From NCBI RefSeq assembly GCF_001194135.2, contig NC_069001.1:33969553-34033552 (forward strand): a stretch of DNA of 64,000 nucleotides. The letters run 5' to 3'. Source of the stretch: Octopus bimaculoides (Eukaryota). The notes under the pieces are model-generated. The model ran no database searches. It was not told the DNA's origin and saw only the letters and a list, made by a program, of their open reading frames with translations. The position numbers and the translations under genes are program-made. This document shows, piece after piece, positions 26,151 through 40,700 of this stretch. Numbering within the stretch: position 1 is the first letter of the stretch; each line of letters begins with the position of its first letter.

Positions 26151-27429
26151 GTAAGTTCGGTTTTCTTGTCAGACTTTTGACAAAACAATTTTTTATTTAT
26201 AATACATACACATATACTACATATCTACATGCATGCATATACATTTGTATGCACTAACACATAGTATATGCATATATACATGATTTGCATGAAAATGAAA
26301 TAAATGATAATGAAATATATGTATATTAAGACAACTTTCTATTCATTATTGGCAGTTTGCAATAAACCAGAAATCTGGATTAAATAGTAGGAGATATGAT
26401 AGAAATAGATGATTTAGCTGTTTACCTAATTTGCATAAGTAATATTCCTGGGAACATGAATCAAGTAAAAAATTGACTAAGAAGAATTTATACTTTATAG
26501 AAAAAGATGAGAATTTTTATTTTTCCAATATTGGAAGATATAGTGCAGTATATAAATACTTCAGAAATTGTAGTGAATTTTCCATCCGAGCATGGAGATC
26601 ATCCCATTAACTGAAGTCTTGCAGGAAGGAAAGGTCCCTGAAGATTTAATTCAGTGCAGGAGAAATACATCATGTTTAATCAATAAAGAAATAAATAAAT
26701 AAAAAATTAAGATTGATATCTTAAAAAGAATAATGGAGATAGGGCTGTCACATGTTTGATAATTTGTCAAAATTTTGGAAATGAAAATTTCACTGTTAAA
26801 ATATCCGTACTTTATTTAGTGTAACTTCTCACAACAATAAAATATTCTGATTTTTCTTGCTTTCTCTCTCTCCCCAACTCTTTGTCTTTTTTTGTTTCCA
26901 TTAGATGTTTGCCTAGATAACTTAGATTTGTTGAAATACATATATATGTATTATATGATAAAATCAGTTAATAATATTATTATATAAATGGTTTCTGGTT
27001 TTGGTTCAAAGCTGGTAATTTTTCTGGGGGTTTTGAGTTTGTCAACTACACTGATCATCGCATAATGGATGGTACTTTATTTTAGCAGCCCTGAAAGGAT
27101 AAAAGGCAAAGCTGACCTAGCTAAAATTTGAACTAATGATGTTAAAAACTGGAAGAAATACCACCAGGCATTTTGTCAGGTGTGTTAATTAATGATTCTG
27201 TCAACTCACAGCTTTTTTGATGATGATGATAATAATAATAATAATGACAATCTTATCTATTAAAGGTACAAGGCCTGAAATTTTGGAAAAGGGGATTTGT
27301 CAATTATATTGACTCTTATACTCGTTACTTATTTTATTGACCCTCCAAAAAGATGAAAGTTAAAGCTGTCTACAGTAGAATTTGAAATGAGAACACAACA
27401 CAACAAGAAATGCCACTAAGCATAGACAC

Positions 27430-27588
27430 CAACATGGCTGTGTGGTAAGAAGCTTGCTTCCCAACCACCTATGGTTCCAGGTTCAGTCCTACTGTGTGGC
27501 ACCTTGAGCAAGTGTCTTCTACTATAGCCTCAGACTGACCAAAGCCTTGTGAGTGGATTTGAAAGATGAAAACTGAAAGAAGCCCATC

Positions 27589-27652
<64 letters not shown>

Positions 27653-27850
27653 GTATGTGTTTTCCCCCCACCATTGCTTGACAACTGGTGTTGGTGTGTT
27701 TACATCTCTGTAACTTAGCAGTTTAGCAAAAGAGACTGATGGAATAAGTACTAGGCTTACAAAGAATAAATCCCAGGGTTGATTTATTCGACTAAAGGTG
27801 GTGCTCCAGCATGGCCGCAGTCAAATGAGTGAAACAAGTAAAAGAGTAAG
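27430..27850 (+). mobile_element. SINE family A, full length
   Basis: A box tggctgtgtgg, B box ggttccaggttcagtcc, long (TA)n interior, conserved tail. Confidence 0.9.
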
Positions 27851-28569
27851 CATTGTGTCCAGAGTGCTAATAATTTCTGATTAAAACTCAAAGCCAACAG
27901 TTTGAGAGCAAGGGATTATCTGACTGATACTTTAACTTATCCACCTTGGAATGATGACAAATGTTACCAACGTTTGTGTATATGTGTGCAGATGAATGAT
28001 CAGCATTGGCCACTGGGGGCTTCCATATGCAGTTCTAGTAAACATGATAGACGATGTAGTTACGGTGGACAAGATGAGACAGCTACAATTGTTGTTTAAA
28101 TCCAGATCATCTTTGATTGAGCAAATCTAGGATCAAAGATATACCAGTTATGATCGTCTTGCTTTCTCTCTTGCTTTTTTTCTTCTTCCAGACATTGTAT
28201 TTAGGACTACATTATTCAGTATGCTTTCCCTTTTAAAATTCTAAGGTGTGATATAAATGAAATTTGGCAGTTATTTCTAAGAGATCAAATCTTTGCAAAG
28301 TGGCTCCCTCACTGGCTATTTACATCTGCAGCAGACATGGAAGTTGATGTATGGTTATAGCCAACATTTGTAGATCCTATGGCTACCTGGCAGATCTTAG
28401 GTTAATTAGAGAAATTACTTAAAACTTTGAATAAATTTTAAATAGCACAATAAAAGCAGTTATTTGAACCTTCCTCCACTGCCATGTTTTTCATGGAACC
28501 ATAATTCATGGAGATACACTCTTCCTCTGATAATTTCGTCTTAATAAAACCAGTAAGACTGACACTTAC

Positions 28570-28642
28570 ATTGGCGTTTAATGGCAATAAAGTCTTTCAA
28601 CTGTGCACTGTTGATATTTATAACTCCAGAAGGAACATAGAA
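28570..28642 (-). CDS. candidate 73-nt exon FYVPSGVININSAQLKDFIAIKRQ, unknown gene
   Basis: Donor CAAT|gtaagt; open frame from acceptor ttactaaag| (or aagcag| further upstream); phase 0-1. Confidence 0.3.
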
Positions 28643-28924
28643 CTTTAGTAAGCCACAGGAATCACAACAGAACTGCTTAGTTGACAGTTTGATCCTTTAC
28701 TTTGGAATTGTTGCTACTGTAGGAACAGAATTATCAATCGCATGAGTTATTCAGGCATACTGTTGATTGACATAGCTTGCAAATATTTAGATTTTATTGG
28801 TGTTGAAGACATGAAAATAAAAGGTTCACCTCTTTCTATCTGAATATATATTCAATTCCAGAGAGTTTTTCCTTTCCCTTTCTTCTCTCTTTTGTTGGAG
28901 TAAAGGTGACTGAAGGGGAGGGAG

Positions 28925-28945
28925 AGATAGATAGATAGATAGATG

Positions 28946-28976
<31 letters not shown>

Positions 28977-28977
28977 G

Positions 28978-29010
<33 letters not shown>
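28925..29010. repeat. (GATA)n microsatellite
   Basis: Direct reading. Confidence 0.95.
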
Positions 29011-29011
<1 letters not shown>

Positions 29012-29824
29012 GAAAGGGGGATGGTGGTGCCAATAGAATGCTGTGATTTTTAATAGATTGAATTTAACCTCTTACTTGAGGGGTGTTTTCTAAAATAACT
29101 AAATGGATCAATGATTGCCAAGCTAAATTCGATATTTTTTTTTCTTTTCATTATCGAAAGCTGTCATACCCAATACATATGAATTTAATTTTTTTTTTAA
29201 TGCAAAGTAGGGTAATATTAGCACTGAAATTGCTAAATCCAATAAAAAGAGAGAGAGAAAAACAAATAAAATAGTTTAGGAACTAACTATACTTATACAT
29301 TTATAGTTGAATTAACAAATGAATTAACAAATCTGTATTTTCTGCCAAATTAATCAAATATGTTTACAAAATATCAACGTTTATTTGAAGAACTGGGTTG
29401 TGGCTAATAGGAGAAGATATTGTTTAAACAACATTCTGAAAACAAAATATGAGGCCAAGTGTCAGTTTTGGTTCCACAGATTCATTAGAGCAATGCTTTT
29501 TATTAACATATTTTCAAAAGATAATTATATTTGCATTATGGTTGATTGAATCAAAGCCAGTAAATTACTCATACTTATTTTATTAAACCCAGAGCGTTGA
29601 AAGGTAAATTTTTATCTCAAGGGGGATTTGAACCTAGAACTTAAACAAATGTAATTTAATACTACCCTAATTCATTTTAATCTGTGAAACTCTTTGTTAA
29701 GTTTGTATTGGATTTTTCACTATTTAATTCTTATTTTCATAACATCATGTGTCTATTTGGGTTTGAGTCATAAATTACACTCTCTTGTTATATTCTTTGA
29801 CAATTTAGCACAAATCTCCTAGAG

Positions 29825-30009
29825 TGGTGTTCTGCAACCTTTTTTCCCTTGTAGTACACTTATATTCTTTTCAAAATTTGGTTGCACACCTGAACTAAAA
29901 ATATAACCAAAAGTATAGGGAAAAAATTATATTCAGGTTACACTATGGCACACGTAGCATCATCTCACGACACACCAGTGTGCCGTGGCATATTGGTTGT
30001 GGAGCACTG
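29825..30009. mobile_element. hAT-type MITE
   Basis: TIRs tggtgttctgcaacc / ggttgtggagcactg; 8-bp TSD tcctagag / ttctagag. Confidence 0.7.
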
Positions 30010-31688
30010 TTCTAGAGTATCAGTCATGGTTAAAAACTCTAGATCAGAGGTTATTAACCTGGGTAGTAGTGTACCCTTGAGGGCAGTGTGAGCTTAAAAG
30101 GGGGTCAGGTGTCAAATGTCAAGAAGATACCACGAGTGGGGGCAATGCCTGTTCAGGGGTGTGTGATTTTTATTTGAAACATAATATTTAAACCACATAC
30201 AATACTTAAATTTTAATCCCTTTGATACCAGTCTGATTGAGACCAGCTCTGATTCTAAGATAAAAGCTTCCTGTTTAAAGTGTTCTGAAAATTAAAATCT
30301 TTCACCAAAATTTCATGTTTATTTATGTTCCAAACACCAGCTTAAAGATGGTAATATTGTTTTACTAAAATCTTCATTATTTTAAGTCCAAAGCTGTAGG
30401 TTCTAAATATATTATAGATGCTATTTTGAGGAATTACATCTGGATCATTCCAGTGTCTTTAAGTGATTTGTACTTCGCTTCAAATGGAGAAAAACAAACC
30501 AACAGCATGCCTACATTTTTTAAAACCACATCAACTTATTGTTCACTCATAATTTTATCGCAGAGCATTATATTCATATTTGTGAGAAGATTGTTCGGAG
30601 AGTTGTATGGTATTTTCTAACTAATTTATTTTATTTATTTTTTTAAAAAATTCCTTTTATGAATTAATAATGGAAGAAATCAATTTCCGTTAACTCTTTT
30701 GTTGTTGCAAAACTGGAATCTTTGTTGTTTCGGGAAGTAAATGGTTTCTCATAGACTGTCATTCTAAATTTCCAGTTGTTTCTTCATAGGAATCTCTTTG
30801 AAAGAGAGAAAAATATTTAATATTTTTCAATTCTAGAATCATTAAAATTTTATTGAACATGTCTTTTGAAAACATAATCAATAGTTCTTCAAATGAATAG
30901 TTGCTTTTATTTCATATATTTATATATGTATTTTTAATATTCTGTCATTAGAAATCACAACTGGATGTTTCCTCTTTCTTAGAATTTTCTTTCATCTTGC
31001 TTTTGTACAAAGATGCTAATTATGTTCTTAAATCTGATTAATTCATTAGCAGTTGACCTCTCTTGGCTATTTGGCAGCAATTAGAGTGAGATTTTTTACA
31101 GTTTTAAGTTGCCTGAATTCATCAAAGTTTTGAATTAACCTTTTATTTCACTTTATTGTCAAGAGATATTTTTTTTCAAGGAATGTAACGCTAATAGACA
31201 TTCAATAATCTTAAGCAGTTTTTTCAGTAAAGTTATACTAATTATTAGTCACTGTGGATATGATTCTAAAATACTATAGAAAGTTAATGCTTCTTAATGA
31301 CACACTTTGCTGCTCTGTATTACTGAATTCATACAACCCCCCCCCAAAAAAAAAACTGCAAAAAGTGCCTGAGTAAAATGTTACATCCCTAAGTTAAATA
31401 CACTTCTATATATTATTGGTTCACAATCTCCACCTATATTCGAAGATCTAATTTCAGATTCGAGCTTAGTGTTCCATCATATTCAGACAATATCTACAAT
31501 CAGTGCTCTATAATTCAAATAAAAATGTTCTGTTCTTCAACTGGAATCCAGAGGCAAGATCTAGTTAGTAGTTAATACTATTGTGTCACTAATAAGTTAT
31601 ATGATTGTTTTCTCTCACTTGAAAGAATTCACAAAGCTGTAGTTACTTAGAGTGAAATGAGGGAAGTAGAATTTATTATATTTTGCAG

Positions 31689-31740
31689 AAGAGGTATATT
31701 CCATAGAGGTTGTATCTTGAAGCCAGTCTACCAAAAATTT
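31689..31740 (+). CDS. candidate 52-nt exon RGIFHRGCILKPVYQKF, unknown gene
   Basis: ttttattatattttgcag| ... |gtaagt, both near consensus; one open frame (phase 2-0). Confidence 0.35.
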
Positions 31741-32960
31741 GTAAGTAGAACACCAAGAAAGCTTTTTTTCAGTTAATAAAATATTTTAATCATGTTAAAT
31801 TAATCCGATTCTAACAATGGTGTCAAAATTACATGAGTGTTTTTGTGTGTGAACATACATCCATATTTACATCTGTATCATGGGGCTGACTAACATTTTC
31901 TTTGACACTCATTTGAGAGAGGGCAGTTCATTAGGCTGGACTGTCACAGCTCATACAGCATGCTAATTTATTCATCAGATTTTGTTGCTAATCTGGATTA
32001 CCAATAGCTGAAAAGTTGGATTGCATCCTTCTTGGTGCTCTTACCATTGATAATTTGTCTCCTTTAATCCATAACAAATTATTTTTTTTCATCATGCAAT
32101 ACAAATACTCTTAAAAACATTGACACACACCAGTTTTCATCTTGCTTTGAAATAGTTTAAGCTTTCTTGATATGATATACCTTCTGTCCCCCAGCTTTCA
32201 TATAAGTTAGAGTTGCCTGCTTGACAAATTAGACATTTTAATAAGGGTTTATTTCTCTACTACCACCAATAGCAGTCTCTGTGATTTAGCTTAAGCACAG
32301 CTCTATTTACTTGTAAGACATGGAGGACTGGGATTGCATTTTTCACTATGTAACTTCTCTTTGCTATGCAACTTCTCTTTGCTATGCTTCCTGTATTCTC
32401 TCAACACCTTGGTCACTTCTTTGTTTTCTTTGGCAAATAAATCATTCCATGACATTGGAAACGTGCAGTCATTTTACTGGTGACTCTTTTCAGGACTCTA
32501 AATTCTGCATTGTTTCAGTTAACCTTGTAAAAACTGGGTAATAAGCTTTTTGGAGAAAGTTACCAGCAATAGACTTCTGTCTCATCTAGGAGAGATTTCT
32601 CTCTGAATTTTTCAATGGAAACAGGACTTCAAAACCAACCATCTCTATTTCTATGGTAGGGGAAATTAGCTAACAACCAAATCAAATTAAGGAATTTAAA
32701 CAGATCCATGTTAACTAACTGCCTCATCTGATCATCTCAGAAATTCTGGTCTAACGTTGAGTGGCTTTTTAATGTCACAGGAACTTTTAAAATGCCACTC
32801 AAGACTTGAAAAGGCATTTTACAGTTGTAATTTTTGCATTTTATCTTAACATTATAAACATCTGTGATAGCTTTCTTCGAAAGTGGAGTTCATGGTGAAT
32901 ATAAAATGTGTGGTAATTGCCAGGTGATACATTGATGCATCGAGGTTTGCTGTGTAACAG

Positions 32961-33015
32961 GTTCAGAAACAGCGAGAAGATAACTCATTTAAAATTAATG
33001 CAACAATTGAAACAG
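32961..33015 (+). CDS. candidate 55-nt exon VQKQREDNSFKINATIET(G), unknown gene
   Basis: gtttgctgtgtaacag| ... CAG|gtttac; the phase 0 start matches 31740; a second frame is also open. Confidence 0.25.
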
Positions 33016-33165
33016 GTTTACTCCTCTTCTGATCTCATTGGCAACATAAAGGATTTATTGATTTCTTTATTTTCATTGGGTTTCTTTAAATTTGCTGCAT
33101 ATTCCTAATGCTACAGAGATACATGTGCACATGCATGCAAACACATGCACGTGCATCCATGCATA

Positions 33166-33196
<31 letters not shown>

Positions 33197-36100
33197 AGAA
33201 TTATACACAATACATACATAATATAGTGCATGTGTATTGTGGTTTGCATTTGTAACCAGTGTACATGCTTGTGGTAAATCTTCGTAATGAACATTGAAAA
33301 GCAATATACACTTAATACAATAAGCTCTATCTCTCTCTCTAGTTTCAATCCATTGGAATGGATACTTGCATGAAAACATTGTATGAATTTAAACATGTCG
33401 TTACCTCAACACATTACCATAATCGTGAATCAAGCATTTCAATATTTTGTATAGACCATATCATACATGCACTAAACCACACACACACAGATTTTGCTTC
33501 CAAACAAAAGAAAGCATGCGTGGCTGTGTAGTAAGAAGCTTGCTTCCCAACAACATGGTTCCGGGTTCAGTCCCACTGCGTAATACCTTGGGCTTCTATT
33601 CTATATATGTATATACATACACATATTATGAAACAACATATTCGTTTTCATGAATATCCACGCATTCACACACACATACATGTACATACATACAGATGAA
33701 AGTGTTCAGCAGTTGAGGTTTCTGTTCACAGGTTTTGCTCTGTTCTTTAACACTGACAGACAAGATAATCGTTTTACCAAGAAGACATATAATTTTAGGT
33801 GGCAAATTTTCGCATTTTCTTGCCAACTTTTCTGGTAATTTAACACTAGACTTCCACGTTGAGGCATTCATGTTGATTATTTTCAATTTGTCATATCGAG
33901 AACACACTTTTAATAACGTTTACACGAAAATATCTTTTTTGACATAATAAATCCATAGAAAGCATATCAAAACAAATTTGCATTTCACACTTACTCTGCT
34001 TGCTGCAATCCTCTCTCTCTCTCTCTCTTTCTCTTTCTGTGTTTCTGTCTGTCTGTCTTTCTGTCAGTCTGCCTCTCTTGCTCACTTGCTTGCACCTGAT
34101 CTTTGACTAATCTGATCCTTTTAGGCATTGTTTCGTTAGCTTTTTCTATGAGATATAATAAGTCAATTCCACTTGTGCAAATCCTTTCTCCCCACCTCCC
34201 TTCTTCTCTCATTATTGGCATCTATGCTGTCAACTTAATGGAATTATAGCTTTTCAGATTTATCTTATTATTGCCAATAGTGTCACATGGCCATACTCTT
34301 TTCCTCTCCTCTCTCACTCCATTTTTCTCTCTCTTTCATTCATAGACTCATGCATGATCTCTGCAAGCCAGTGTTTTATGACCTCTTAGTTTTCTATTAG
34401 GTTTATTAACTTATTGACATCAATCGCTTCTTTGGTCATTTGACCTTTCTTTCTTCCTTTTAATGATGTCAGAGCAGTAAAGCAGTTTTTCCTTTTTTTT
34501 TATTGAATTTCTTCAAAATACTAAAGTAAAGAGAGTGCTAGCATACTTAATCTAGCAAACCATGGAATATTAATTTATTAAAATTATACCCCTAATAATG
34601 TGATCTAAACATTTAAATGACCAATACTGATAAAAAAGGACAAGGGGAAAAAGCCTGAAAATTTTAATTAATTAAAAATGGAACCATATGGAGGCATCTT
34701 GGTGTATATTTCAGTATTATTTGGTTGCTTCCATAATGCATAGACTAACTATTACAGTAGATCTTAAAATGATTCTGTGGATAAACACAGTAATATTAAA
34801 ATGAAAAAATTCCTTGGAAACAGCTGCTGAAATGAAACTTAATGGTGAGCTGGATACTGGAATACTTGAGTAATAAACCAATAAATTTTAACTAATTAAA
34901 ATCACACCCTTAGATCCGAAAACAATTGAAGTTCCCAGAAAGTGTTTAGGTTGATTAACAACAAAACACTAGCTCCAAAAGTCCTCACCTCTTATAAGGT
35001 AATTAGTACTCTCTGAAACTACCATCCTCATTTGTCTGAAGAAGAATACCTCAGGTGATGTTTTGCCTTTCCAGGGATATTTTCTAATTGCAAATACAAT
35101 GACACAAATGTGTCATACGAAGTGAATGGTGAACAGAGCACAACTAACTGGACATTGTCACTGAGAAGAATAAGAACACATGTCTTGTAATTGATATAGC
35201 ATCATCATCATTATCATCCTTTAACGTTTGTCTTCCATGCTGGCATGGGTTAGATGGTTTGAAAGAAGCTGGCCAGGTAGAAGACTACACCAGGCTACTA
35301 TGTCTGTTTCAGCATGGATTTTCCATAGAGTGGACATTTAAAATCAGAATCAAGAAAAGGGAAAGAGAAAGAGAGATAGAGAAATGTAGAGTATTGAACT
35401 TAACAATATCATGCATTTGCTAATTATCAGCTGGATGCCTTTCCTAATGCCAACCACTCTGAGAGTGGGTACTTTTACATGCCACCGGCACGAGGGCCAG
35501 TCGGGCAGTACTGGCAATGGCCACACTCAAATGATGTTTTTTACGTGTCACCTGCACAGGAGCCAGTCCAGCGGCACTGGCAATGGGGATGAAATTTTCC
35601 AAAAGTATCTACCTGCAAATCATAATGGAGAATTACTGGGATAAGATATTTAATGAAGGTTAAGATTTCTGAACTTAGTCAAGTTGAAGCATTGCATTTA
35701 TTCTTTGATTTTACATCTGGAATCTACAAAAACATGAGACATTAGCAGACAATAAATTCTTGAAAACTTTATCGCCATTATATGAAAGTGTCATGCCATA
35801 GATTGCTTTCGAAAAAGGTAACATGGCAGTGAACCATTTGATATGTTTATGAATAAACTGAGAGCTATATCAAAAAGAATTTCAACACAAGCTTTATCAC
35901 TTCATAAAATGTAAAGATGTGTTAATATGCAATGCCTTTATTTCTGCTTTGTTAAATCTTAATATTCAACAAAGTGTTTTGAAATCATCAGTGACTATGT
36001 ATCACATCTGAGACAGCCATAAATAATGCAAACTCATATGATTCATCTTTGTGAGTGAGTGCATCCATATATCAGCAGTAAGCATAAGTGCTATTGTTAT

Positions 36101-37528
36101 TTCCATGGTGGTGATCTTCATATATTTAGACAAGATTGTTATACAAAGCCTTTCAACATCAAAAAGGGAAATTGAGTTGTAGCTCATCGAAGAAATGTAA
36201 AAAAAAAAAAAAACCCCAGAAAATGCTGCGGTAAGCAAATTTGTCCATTTGAAGATTTAGATGAAAAGCATACCAACGGATGATGATACTGTACAGGCAT
36301 CTTCAACATTTACCATTATGTCATCTTGTGACAAGATATTCCTTGTAAATCTTTTTTGATGAAATTCCTGTGAAATATTTGATTTATACAGGATTTGATA
36401 GTACTTTCACAGAAGAGTACTCCTATGCAATTGATCAAGTTATGTATGATGAACAATCTAAGAATGTCAATGTAACAAATAATTCAAATTATTATATCTT
36501 AGGCCAACTAAATAAAAGCATTCATATCTTTTAGAAATATTAATCAAAATATCATTGAGGTACCTGTTGTTAACAGTCTTATATCTTTTCTCCCTATTGG
36601 AAATGATACTTAGATTGCCATAAATAAAAAATGATGACTAGGAAAGATCTTGAAATTAGTAGTCTTCCACTTTTTGTCTCTTCATGAAATTGGAAGAAAG
36701 CCCCTATCCCTTCATTATTGAGTCACTGTAACACATTTTTACACAAGTGAAATCTAAAACTTTGAAGGGAAAATGTTTTTGTACTAAGATTTAACATTAA
36801 ATTAGGGGTGAAATTTACACACAAGTGTGACTTATATACAAATAAATAAGGCAGTCGTCACTCTTCATCAGAAAATCCCCCTGTGAAATTAGAATGTAGT
36901 CTTTCCTCTTTATCAGTATGTCTCTTTAAAATTCATAAACATAGATCTTCTACACATATTGCTTGGTGCCAACATAAGAAAACTTGAGCCCATAACAGCA
37001 AAATTGCACAAAAATGGCAAATACCAAGTATTCACCTCAAAATAAAGAAAAACTATTCAAGAGAATAGAATCCAATAATGTTTAATGTTATTTCTTTACT
37101 TGACTTATGAAAAATCAAACCCATGGTCAGCTATCGATTATACAAAAATAATTCACTTAGTTTCATGTATTTCCTGTGTCAATGATTGATTATCTTATGA
37201 ATAGTGTTCAAGATTCAATTTTCTCTCTTGTCCATCTCCATTGCTTATATTGAGTTCCGTTCTTTTATTCAGAATACAATATGACAGCATTTGGAGCACA
37301 GAGGAAACTTGATGAATTCACAAAACTTCCTGTCATATGTACCAACACTGTATGTAGGATATAACAAAATATTGGCTCATTTTTTATGACAAAATAATAA
37401 TAAAAAAAATGTGCATTATCATCTACAGCAATATGCAAAAGGAATAAAAATAGCTAAATATCTTTGGTATATAGTTTGCTCCAGATAAATAAAGAAGACA
37501 AACCAAAGAAATAAGTTTTTTCACTTAC

Positions 37529-37590
37529 AATGTAAGTTACATTATAAATGATAACATGAGATCTCAAGAGATATGAGGCATTAATTAATT
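37529..37590 (-). CDS. candidate 62-nt exon LINASYLLRSHVIIYNVTYI, unknown gene
   Basis: ttaattgatttttttag| ... ATT|gtaagt; only one open frame; phase 1-0, compatible with 28642. Confidence 0.3.
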
Positions 37591-37659
37591 CTAAAAAAAT
37601 CAATTAAACTTAATTTAATAATCTCGTTTTTTTATTCTTTTCAAAATGTATACCTAAAT

Positions 37660-37950
37660 ATCATTGCTTAATGTCCATTTTCCATACTGGCGTGGGTTGG
37701 ATGGTTTGACAGAAGCTGACCAGGTAAAAGACTGCACCAAACTTCTGTATCTATTTTGACATGGCTTTTACTGCTGGATGCCCTTCCTAACACCAACCAC
37801 TCTACAGAGTGGACTGAGTGCTTTTTACATGGCGCCAACACAGGTAAGGGCAGTGTTATCATGGCTTTTATGGCTGGGTACCCTTCCAAATCTAAACCAC
37901 TTTACACTGTGGACTAGATGCTTTTTATGTGGCACCAGCACTGGCAGAGT
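37660..37950 (-). mobile_element. RTE-LINE 3' tail fragment (family C)
   Basis: ttaatgtccattttccatactggcgtgggttggatgg...ggatgcccttcctaacaccaaccac. Confidence 0.75.
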
Positions 37951-39869
37951 CACCAGTATAATGGTATACACACCCCCACTACCACAAACCTGTTATCTGT
38001 TCAAATATGTTTGAGGCATATTTGAACCCATAAGACAGCTATCCACTGTTTTTTGTCATGGAGAAAATTTCCTAATGTGGGCAAATAGGTGTAAATACAT
38101 CAGGTCAGTTCATTGTGCTCCATAACCAGACTGTTGGGTGCATGTATTTTGGAGTGGTTATCTCCTCTTCAGTATCAGAAACAGGAAACACTGTGAACTG
38201 ACTTGATGTATTTACATGTTTGATTACAGCAAGATATTTTTCTCCAAAACAAAATACAGTGAATGGCTTTCTTTATGGGCTTGAATATACCCAAAGCACA
38301 TTTGAACTGGTGACAAGTTTGTATTTATACATATCACTGCTTAGCACTGTCTCCCCCATGTATATAAATAAAAAAATTATAATAAATACAAGTTTATATC
38401 ATTTGTACGCCATGTGTTTCATTGTTGTGGTTATTTGGAACGTGTGCATTGGATGTTCTGAGTGCAATTGGATGCTTAATCACAGCAGATCATCATAGGA
38501 ACACTTCATTACATTATGTTACAGAGATCAAATATATATATATATATATAAATATATGTATATATATAGTTGGTTAATCATAATTATCTAAAGGCAACTA
38601 AATTCATGTTCCAAAGGAACTGCTGACGTCTTCAGTACTGAATCTACCAACATTTCAGTGGTCATTACATGTAAAACAGAGACACTGCAAACTTTAATAG
38701 GAGACACTGACACTCTTAGAATGGATATTCATTGGCCTTTCACTGTCGATCTTTCTATTTCCTTCACAGGAGAAAAACAATCAATCATTGAACTAGAGAC
38801 TATTGCAATTATAGAATGTATTTGAAAATGGTGAGGTCTATTACATTCCATTCACACTTTCACAATTCTCACTGATCAACTTTCTCTTCCATTCTTATTC
38901 TCAACATCATGTAAATCTTAAAAAGGAAAAAAAACATCATTCACATGATGGCGCCTTGAGCTAGCTGATTTCTCTTACAATATCTCTTACAAATAGAGAG
39001 AAGACAAGGCAATTGTTTCTCTATCTTGTAATGCATTAAAAGATATCAATGATTTTTAAAAAAATGTTACATGATTAATTATACCATCGAGGAGTAAGAA
39101 CATTTGTTCATTGTCAGAATCAGAGAAAAGGCAGTGAATTAGCTGGGTTCTGAGATAGATTGTTTTGTGTATTCATTACTGTTCTTTGTACTCTGAGTTC
39201 TAATATTGTTAAGGCCAGCATTACCTTCATTCTATTAGGGTTGCAAAATAAAATACTAATTCTGTTCTGAGGTTGATTCTTCTCCTCTTCATCTCTCTCT
39301 CTCTCTGTGTGGAAGAAACCAGCTGTAAACAAATTTAGAAAAAGATGAGAGTCTGCCAACAATACATGCTGTATATTACGGCAGTACTCCTATGATTGTA
39401 TCTAGAGATATATTATTGCTGGTTAATGAATTCTCAAGGACCCCTATTTTTTTTTACCATTTGATTAGGGAATGGAAAGCAGTAGCTATGATAGTTTTTC
39501 TTTTCCAAAGCCTCTAAAACTGGTTGGAGGAATATAGAAGTGATCCTCAAATTGGAAACATGAGTCTGAATGCTTGTAAAATAGTGAAATTCACCAAAGG
39601 CACCTAAGGATTAAGTGTCGGTGTTAAACTGGACGATAGATTGTGTGCCATCCGAACACTCAGAATGCAAAGAACCCCTAAACCGAATATTGCAAATCAT
39701 CTTGTCTGACATTTTAAGTATTTTGTCATTCCCTGGTTTTGTACTGGTAGTTATGTTGTCAAATCTAAAAGGATGTTTGGCGCTGATGGGATTTGAACTT
39801 ACAATGTTGAGAGCTGCAGTGGCAATCTAAAATCTGTATTTGCCAGTTCCAGGCCTCCAAGTTCATTTT

Positions 39870-40290
39870 ACTCGGATAAAGGTACACAGCTTAAAAGCAT
39901 CAAATTAAAATAATTGGTTGACAGCATTGTAAAAACAAGAACTAAACCATACTTGTTATAGGTCAATGAACAACATGAAATAACTAATGGGTCTATTGTA
40001 AATACAATGAAACTTGCACTTAAAACTAGAGGCTCAAATAAAAAAGACTTGTAATAAGTATTACCTTTGATGCTGTCATGTATAAGAGCTTTGTTATGTA
40101 CCTTAACAAATGCAGCACCACATGGAAGTTTCTTTAACTTTATTTGCTCTTCCATTTCAAGATCTGACATCGCTGGCTTCATACAGTGCTTTGTTTCAAT
40201 GTTATGCCATTGTCGTCCATTAGCATTGAAATACGAGGACAAAGTTGGAAAAGATGCCGTTAAAGGAAACAATATCACTGCTCTGTTCAA
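39870..40290 (-). mobile_element. decayed LINE reverse transcriptase remnant
   Basis: AAFVKVHNKALIHDSI resembles the AAKxYNKxxLxRI motif; an LFIDL motif appears downstream in a shifted frame (about 39975-39960). Confidence 0.5.
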
Positions 40291-40420
40291 TTTGTGAATG
40301 GCAGAATTGATTTCAATTTTGATTAGACATCTTATACTGTGTTAATGTAATAATTATATCTTAACAATTCTCTACAGTTATATGATGAGCCAAATGCTAC
40401 TACAGCTAATATATATATAT

Positions 40421-40665
40421 ATATATATATCATCATCATCATCATCATCATCATTGTTTAACGTCCGCTTTCCATGCTAGCATGGGTTGGACGATTTGAC
40501 TGAGGACTGGCAAACCAGATGGCTATACCAGGCTCCAATCTGATTTGGCAGAGTTTCTACAGCTGGATGCCCTTCCTAACGCCAAGCACTCAGAGAGTGT
40601 AGTGGGTGCTTTTTATGTGCCACCGGCACGAAGGCCAGTCAGGCGGTACTGGCAACGGCCATGCT

Positions 40666-40668
<3 letters not shown>
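40421..40668 (-). mobile_element. RTE-LINE 3' tail fragment (family C), young
   Basis: Nearly identical to 43389-43580, with CpGs intact. Confidence 0.9.

Positions 40669-40700
<32 letters not shown>

Noticed and set aside
39868-40290. 140-aa minus-strand ORF with plausible splice sites, as a host exon
   Set aside because: Carries decayed LINE RT motifs (KVHNKAL, LFIDL in a shifted frame).
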